From: an uncultured Phycisphaerales bacterium
GTDB lineage: Bacteria > Planctomycetota > Phycisphaerae > Sedimentisphaerales > Anaerobacaceae
Assembly (NCBI GenBank): GCA_963718665.1
Contig: OY970359.1
Location: 1,664,001 to 1,728,000, forward strand
Direction of reading: 5' to 3'
DNA: 64,000 bases
In this document: positions 57,934-64,000 of the stretch, piece after piece
Layout of the letters: each line of letters starts with the position of its first letter
How positions within the stretch are numbered: position 1 is the first letter of the stretch
Made by a program: the position numbers and the translations under genes
Notes under the pieces: generated by a model
Seen by the model: the letters and a program-made list of their open reading frames with translations, nothing else
Told to the model about the DNA's origin: nothing
The model's database searches: none

Positions 57934-58974
57934 ATGTTTCGTCCCTCTACATCGCTTGCTGTAGCTCTACTGGCAATTGTCTGGCCAACCTCCTCGCTGC
58001 TTGCCTCTACAGATGTAAATCTTAACGACCCGTTTGAGGTCAACAAGCTGATTGGCCGGGGCGTTAATATAGGCAACGCGCTGGACAGGGAAGTGGAATT
58101 AGACGACGAATGGAGCTTCATCGTCAAGGATGAACACTTCCAGCTCATAAAAGACGCCGGCTTCAATTCGGTTCGGCTTACGATTCGCTGGTCCACCCGT
58201 GCGATGGATAAGCCGCCATATACAATCGACCCGAATTTTTTCAAACGAGTTGACCAGGCCGTCAACAGCGCCCTGTCGCGGAACCTGGCATTGGTAATAA
58301 ACGTTCAAAACTACTTCGAATTTTACCGCGACCCCAACGGCCTCAAACCAAAATTCCTCGCTATTTGGGAACAAATCGCAGAACACTACAAAGGTTATCC
58401 CAACACCCTTATCTTCGAGCTTCTTAATGAGCCGCAGGAAAAAATAGGACTCGGCTATTGGAATGCGCTGTTAAAGGAGACGCTGGCGATTGTTCGCAAG
58501 ACCAATCCCAACAGAATGGTTGTAATCGGCCCGGCCAGTTTCAACGCGTTTCCTGACCTAAGGTATCTTGAGCTGCCTGAAAGCGACAGGAATATTATCG
58601 TAACCTTCCATTATTTCCTGCCTTATCATTTTACCCATCAGGGCACAAGCTGGGCGAAGGACTCCAATAACTGGCTCGGGACAAAATGGACGGGCAGCGA
58701 AGCGGAAAAACGGGTTATAAAAAAGGACTTTGACATCGTGGCCGGCTGGGCCAGAGCGCGTAATCGCCCGGTTTATCTTGGCGAGTTCGGCTCTAATGAA
58801 AAGGCGGATATGAATTCCCGCATACTCTGGACTAAATGCGTAGCCGATGAGGCAATAGCGCACGGATTCAGCTTCACATACTGGCAGTTTACCTATAACA
58901 TGGCGGTTTACGACAGAGACAGCAAAACCTGGGTAAAACCGTTGCTCGAAGCGCTTATACCGCCGAAACAATAA
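57934..58974 (+). CDS. GH5 endoglucanase
   Basis: RGVNIGNAL, GFNSVRL, FELLNEP, FHYF, YLGEFG. Confidence 0.92.
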   Translation: MFRPSTSLAVALLAIVWPTSSLLASTDVNLNDPFEVNKLIGRGVNIGNALDREVELDDEWSFIVKDEHFQLIKDAGFNSVRLTIRWSTRAMDKPPYTIDPNFFKRVDQAVNSALSRNLALVINVQNYFEFYRDPNGLKPKFLAIWEQIAEHYKGYPNTLIFELLNEPQEKIGLGYWNALLKETLAIVRKTNPNRMVVIGPASFNAFPDLRYLELPESDRNIIVTFHYFLPYHFTHQGTSWAKDSNNWLGTKWTGSEAEKRVIKKDFDIVAGWARARNRPVYLGEFGSNEKADMNSRILWTKCVADEAIAHGFSFTYWQFTYNMAVYDRDSKTWVKPLLEALIPPKQ

Positions 58975-59280
58975 ACTTCTATTACGGAATAAAAAATCCT
59001 TACCAGGGGGGATACCATGTTCCTTTCCTATGCCACATATTTTAGGTGGCAATTCCAGCGGAGTTGTTATTAAGGGGTAAGAGGCAACACCAGGGCGACA
59101 AATTGCCCAAATTATCTTTTGTGTAATTTTGCAAAAAAACACATAACATTTTGCTTGCTTGTCGTGTCTTACAGTTATAGATGTTGTTGTATTCGTTATC
59201 GGTTTTATGAGGAGAACCTGTTTTCGACGTAAAAACTCACTTTTTAACACACTAACACGCTTAATTAAGGAGGAGCAAAA

Positions 59281-62200
59281 ATGTCTGCAAAAAAGCATTT
59301 CCTGATTTCATCACTAATTATCATCATCACCAGCATTTGCGCCACCGTAATGGCCGAAACAATAGAAAATCCAATTTTCTATGAGACTATGGATGAGCAA
59401 GGTGGGGCTTGGGATGGTGTCAAGGGGTATAACGGCATCGACTTACTAAGCGGTAACTGGCGTGCTAATCTCCGCATTGGCAGTAACCAGGCATGGATTG
59501 ACCCTGTTTATTTCCCTGTTTCGTCTTCCACTGTAACTTACTCGAGTATCACCAGCGTGCTTACAAACGCGGCTTCAAACCCTTATGGTTTACCTTCTGG
59601 AGCAATAACGATTGATATGAATGCAACAATGGTTAACCAGACTACGCACCTAGGGCTGCGAAATGGCAGCTGCGTGGTAAGTGAGCCATGGGTAATGGAG
59701 CAAACCTACACCATTACCAACACTGGCACCAGTACGTTAAATAACATAGCATTCTATCAATACTATTTCCCCAGCCCCTATGGAAGCTATCCTACGAATC
59801 CTGAACCTTCACACGTTGATTATACCGCAGGTATTGGGGATCCTATAGGCTACATTTATGACATTACTTTCTATGGGGAAGGTAGTGGGAACTGGGCATA
59901 TACTGGTCTAAGCACCAATATTGCTCCCACTGCACATGATGTGGGCCATGGTGGTGGCTACCCGGATCCACCGTACTTTTCGCCGAGTCCGCCGGTTACT
60001 CCTTCTGCCAACTCCACCGATGTCCTTCGACAGGTTGAGAACGACACCCTGCGGGGGTGGGCATACTACGACGCCCCGGCCGGTTCTGCTGTGGCAGGGG
60101 CTTTCAAGTGGAATATAGGGTCACTTTCACCCGGTCAACGTTACACCATTACATTCTTGGAATCGGTTGCGAATTCGGGTACAGTCCCCACCAAAGGCCC
60201 GATAACAATCCTGAAGGTTGACGACGTCAATGGTTGTGTCGGTTCCGGTCGCGAGATAAATTACACAATTGATTACAATTATCCCGCTGGGCCGAATTTT
60301 CCTGTTATAAACGACGTGAATATTGTTGACTATCTGCCGGCGGAGGTTACTTTTGTTTCAGCTTCCAACAGTGGAAGTTACAATTCCAATTCCAATACCG
60401 TTATCTGGAATATCGGGACTTTATCACCTGGTAGTTCAGGTTCTGTTACTTTGGCGGTCCTGGTGAAATACGCAGAGCCGAACAGCACAATCACAAACGA
60501 ATGCGAGATAAGAAGTAGCGGCATCCTCTATGGCACGGCTGATGACGACACTCCTGTATGCTCTGCTCCGACGCTTACGAAAGTCAATAATATTACGGGT
60601 TGTGTCGGTCCCGGCGATAACATAACCTATAGTATCTGCTACGCTGCTCACGGTTACGGCGATACGAATGTCGTAATCACCGACACTTTGCCGACCGGAG
60701 TAAATTTTGTCTCGGCTACCGGCAACTATGGGTATAGCTCCGGAACGGTAACGTGGAATATTGGCACATTAGGGGCTAACGATTCAAATTGTGTTACGGT
60801 AACAGGCCAGGTGAAATGCGTTGGGCCCGGCAGCACAATCGCAAACGAATGCGAAATGAGAGGTGATTATACCGGCCCCATATATGCTGATGACGACACT
60901 CCTGTATGCTCTGCTCCGACGCTTACGAAAGTCAATAATATTACGGGTTGTGTTGTCCCCGGCGATAACATAAACTACACTATCTGCTACGCTGCTCACG
61001 GTTATGGCGATACGAATGTAATAATCACAGATTCTCTGCCGCCCGGAGTAGATTTTGTCTCGGCTACCGGCAACTATGGATATAGCTCCGGAACGGTAAC
61101 GTGGAATATTGGCACATTAGGGGCTAACGATTCAAATTGTGTTACGGTAACAGGCCAGGTGAAATGCGTTGGGCCGGGAAGCACAATCACAAACGAATGC
61201 GAAATGAGAGGTAATTGTATCGGCCCCATATATGCTGATGACAACATCCCTGTATGCAGTCCGACGCTTACGAAAGTCAATAATATTATGGGTTGTGTCC
61301 TCCCCGGCGATGACGTAAGCTACACTATTTGCTACGCTGCTAATGGTTATGGCGATACGGATGTTGCGATTACGGATTATCTGCCGAATGAGGTGAACTA
61401 TATTTCGTCTAATCCTAATGGAACCTATAACCCTGATACTAACACGGTTACCTGGGATATAAACTTTTCTGCTGGTTCTTCTGGCTGTATCACATTGGCG
61501 GCTCAGGTTAAAAATAATGTTATACGTGGCGGCACAATCACGAATAGTTGTGAACTCAAAGGTGATTGCGTTGATATAAATACTAATGAAACCACTCCTG
61601 TGTGTTCGTCCTCGTGTCCGATTTACGTAGATATAAGCGCCACAGGCGCAAGAATGGGTCTTCGTGGGCGGATGCCTTTACAAATCTGCAGGATGCCCTC
61701 AAGGACTATAACTGTAGTGAAATCCGCGTGGCACAGGGAATTTATCGGCCAGACATTAACTCGGCTTACCCCAATGGCACGGGCGACAGGACAGCGACAT
61801 TCCAGCTTATCAATGGAGTTGCTATTTATGGCGGTTTTCCAACGGGCGGGGGGACGATGGAAGCCCGTAATCCCGCTGCTTATCAAACAATCCTTAGCGG
61901 CGACCTTCTGGGAAATGACCGGCAAGTCGCCGAACCCTGCGATTTACTTAACGACCCCTGCCGGGCGGACAATAGCTATAACGTCGTAACCGCAACGGAA
62001 ATCGGAACAACCCAAACAACCGTCCTTGACGGCTTTACAATCACAGGCGGCAACGCCAATGGCAATGACCCTTACGACTCCGGCGGTGGGATGTACGACG
62101 AAGGCGGCAGTCCAACGGTAAGAAACTGCACATTCACAAACAACTCGGCCATGGGAGAGGTGGGATGTAGTTGGGTAGGGGGCGGCGGCGGAGGAATGTA

Positions 62201-63831
62201 CGGCAACGACAGCAACTCGATGATTGTCAACTGCCTGTTCAAAAATAACTGGGCCAACAGGGGCGGTGGGTTTTGCAGCGATGGCAATAATCCAACTATT
62301 ACGAACTGCACATTCGTTGGAAATGGAGCTGATTATGGCGGCGGTGGAATAACCATAACTTACCTCAGTGGGGCAACTGTGACAAACTGTATCCTGTGGG
62401 GCAACTGGGGCAACCAGAACTGGGGCAACAGTTGGGGCAACCAGATTACCGACGAGATTACCGTGTACTCCGAAGATGCTAATGAGGCTAATGTCACCTA
62501 TTGCGATATCGAGGGCGGCTGGCCAGGCGTAGGCAATATCAGCAAAAACCCGATGTTTGGGCCGGATGGCTGGCATCTCTTGATGTGCTCGCCTTGTATC
62601 GATGCCGGGACGAATACGCCTGTCGGCGGCCTGCCGGCTACGGACATCGACGGCCAAGCACGAATAATGAATGGCCGATGCGTTGGCGAAGCCATCGTCG
62701 ATATGGGCGTTGATGAGTATTTGCCTGATTGTAATTCTAATGCCCTGTTATATGCGCATTGCCAGAGTCCGACTTGTGGGGCGACGGACGGTTTGTATGT
62801 TGGCGAAGCCCCGGATGTGAACCTTACGTGGTGTCCCGGAACTTTTGCGGCTGATGTTAATGGCCAAGACGTGTATTTCGGCACGGATTATAGCGGGGTA
62901 TATAACGCGACGACAAGCAGCCCGCAATATAAGGGCAGACAGAGTGCGACAATTTATATAGCCACCGGCCTCGAAGCAGGCGTTACTTACTATTGGCGAA
63001 TCGATGAGGTCAACGGCACTAACATCTGGCGAGGGTCTGTCTGGAGCTTCACGACAGGACTTTTCATAGATGATTTCGAGCGTTACAGCAATGCAAATGA
63101 TATGAACGCCAATTGGACAACGGGCTATACCATCAATTATTGCTACGACTCAACCTACGAAACAACATTCTCTAATGTAACCCCGGATGGGAATTTGGGC
63201 TTTGTAGTGGATAGCACTGGGAAACATATGAATTTCTACTATAACGCACAACCATTCTCAGAGGCGAGGTATGAATATGGCTCTCACGGCGTTGACTGGA
63301 CCAACAGCGGCATTGTCGGCAACGAACCTAATATGCTTGTTCTTTCCTATAAGGGGGCAATCGGCAACGCTGTAGACCCGTTTTATAACGTAATGTATGT
63401 AGCTCTTGAAGATACGGCTGGCAATGTCGGCATGTACCTCAATGACCCCAACGCCCAACAGGTAGCCGCCTGGACACAATGGTATATCCCTCTCAATGAC
63501 CCCAACTTCACCACCAATGCATATCCAAGGGCTGTGAACATGGCAGCAGTGAGCGATTTCTACATCGGCTTTGGTCAGCGTTGCCTTTTCAGCAACCCTG
63601 GGGGCATCGCCGGCGATGGTAACGTGATGTTTGACAATATCCGGCTGGAACCGCCGGTAATGCCGGGATATGCTGACTTTACTGGCGACTGCTTTGTAAA
63701 TTTTAACGATTTTGCTGTCATGGGCGGCAGAGTGGCATAGCCATAGCTGCGGCGAGGAAGCAGACCTTAACCATGATTGCTTTGTGGATTTAATGGATTT
63801 TGTGGTGCTGGCGGAGGAGTGGCTTAAGTAA
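59281..63831 (+). CDS. Large secreted protein: DUF11-like repeats + beta-helix + dockerin-like tail; two apparent single-base frameshifts
   Basis: Frame change at ~61650 joins IYVDISATG to KNGSSWADAF; change at ~63722 restores MAAEWHSHSCGEEADLNHDCFVDLMDFVVLAEEWLK*. Confidence 0.8.
60483..61560 (+). repeat. Intragenic tandem repeats, ~348-bp period
   Basis: agcacaatc..aacgaatgcga recurs near 60483, 60832, 61180 and 61531; middle two units nearly identical. Confidence 0.9.
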
Positions 63832-63916
63832 AATAACGTGAAAATATCCGCCTGCCCGCTGTGACGGGTTTGACGAAAAGTTAGAGTTTTCGGACAAGGG
63901 CGACGACAACTACGCC

Positions 63917-64000
63917 TTAAGCTGCTATGCACCATTTTTCCCAGAAGGCATTTTTCATGTGAAGCGGCCACGGGATCAGGCAGTTGATGTTGATGGCGAT
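63917..64000 (-). CDS. 3' end of an unknown gene entering from the right
   Basis: Open frame IAININCLIPWPLHMKNAFWEKWCIAA*; homologous fragment at ~27931-27987. Confidence 0.45.
   Translation of the reverse strand: MAININCLIPWPLHMKNAFWEKWCIAA

Noticed and set aside
60483..61560. Near-identical repeats as a diversity-generating retroelement TR/VR pair
   Set aside because: In-frame tandem domain repeats, differences not adenine-specific, no reverse transcriptase in the window
6462..63831. Frameshifts in GH27 and the large surface protein as programmed recoding or phase variation
   Set aside because: They are single-base indels in 2-4-base runs without slippery heptamers or long tracts; assembly error or simple decay is more likely; needs read check

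Overview
A 64-kb bacterial chromosome segment. Gene content (PEP-CTERM proteins, dockerin-like tails, LamG/CBM9 proteins, HNH-AP2) suggests a planctomycete, probably Phycisphaerae; this is inference. From left to right it contains: (1) the distal end of a strongly G-skewed phage-like structural/lysis gene cluster (1-5.8 kb); (2) two cargo segments each bracketed by a diverged duplicate of a neighbouring gene end (GH27 between DUF3788 5' copies; two PEP-CTERM genes between rbsK 3' copies); (3) a ~12.3-kb island in a CAT-anticodon tRNA that duplicates the tRNA 5' half, keeps a tyrosine-integrase stub, and is subdivided by four copies of a ~185-bp inverted-repeat-ended element; its cargo is an AmmeMemoRadiSam + ApbE/FMN-binding/4Fe-4S membrane cluster, a hemerythrin and an AbiE toxin-antitoxin pair; (4) signalling genes; (5) an AT-rich candidate defence block (HNH-ParB/DndB-like, Abi-like, helicase-associated); (6) housekeeping genes (cysteine synthase, pfk, pnuC, ftsY, E2), brnTA, a complete IS5-family element with 9-bp target duplication, an HNH-AP2 gene with a repeat-rich leader, a ParA-glycogen-binding fusion, tRNA-Gly, a GH5 and a large repeat surface protein. 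Several single-base frameshifts in short homopolymers may be assembly errors. All family calls come from motif recognition by eye; no database search was run.
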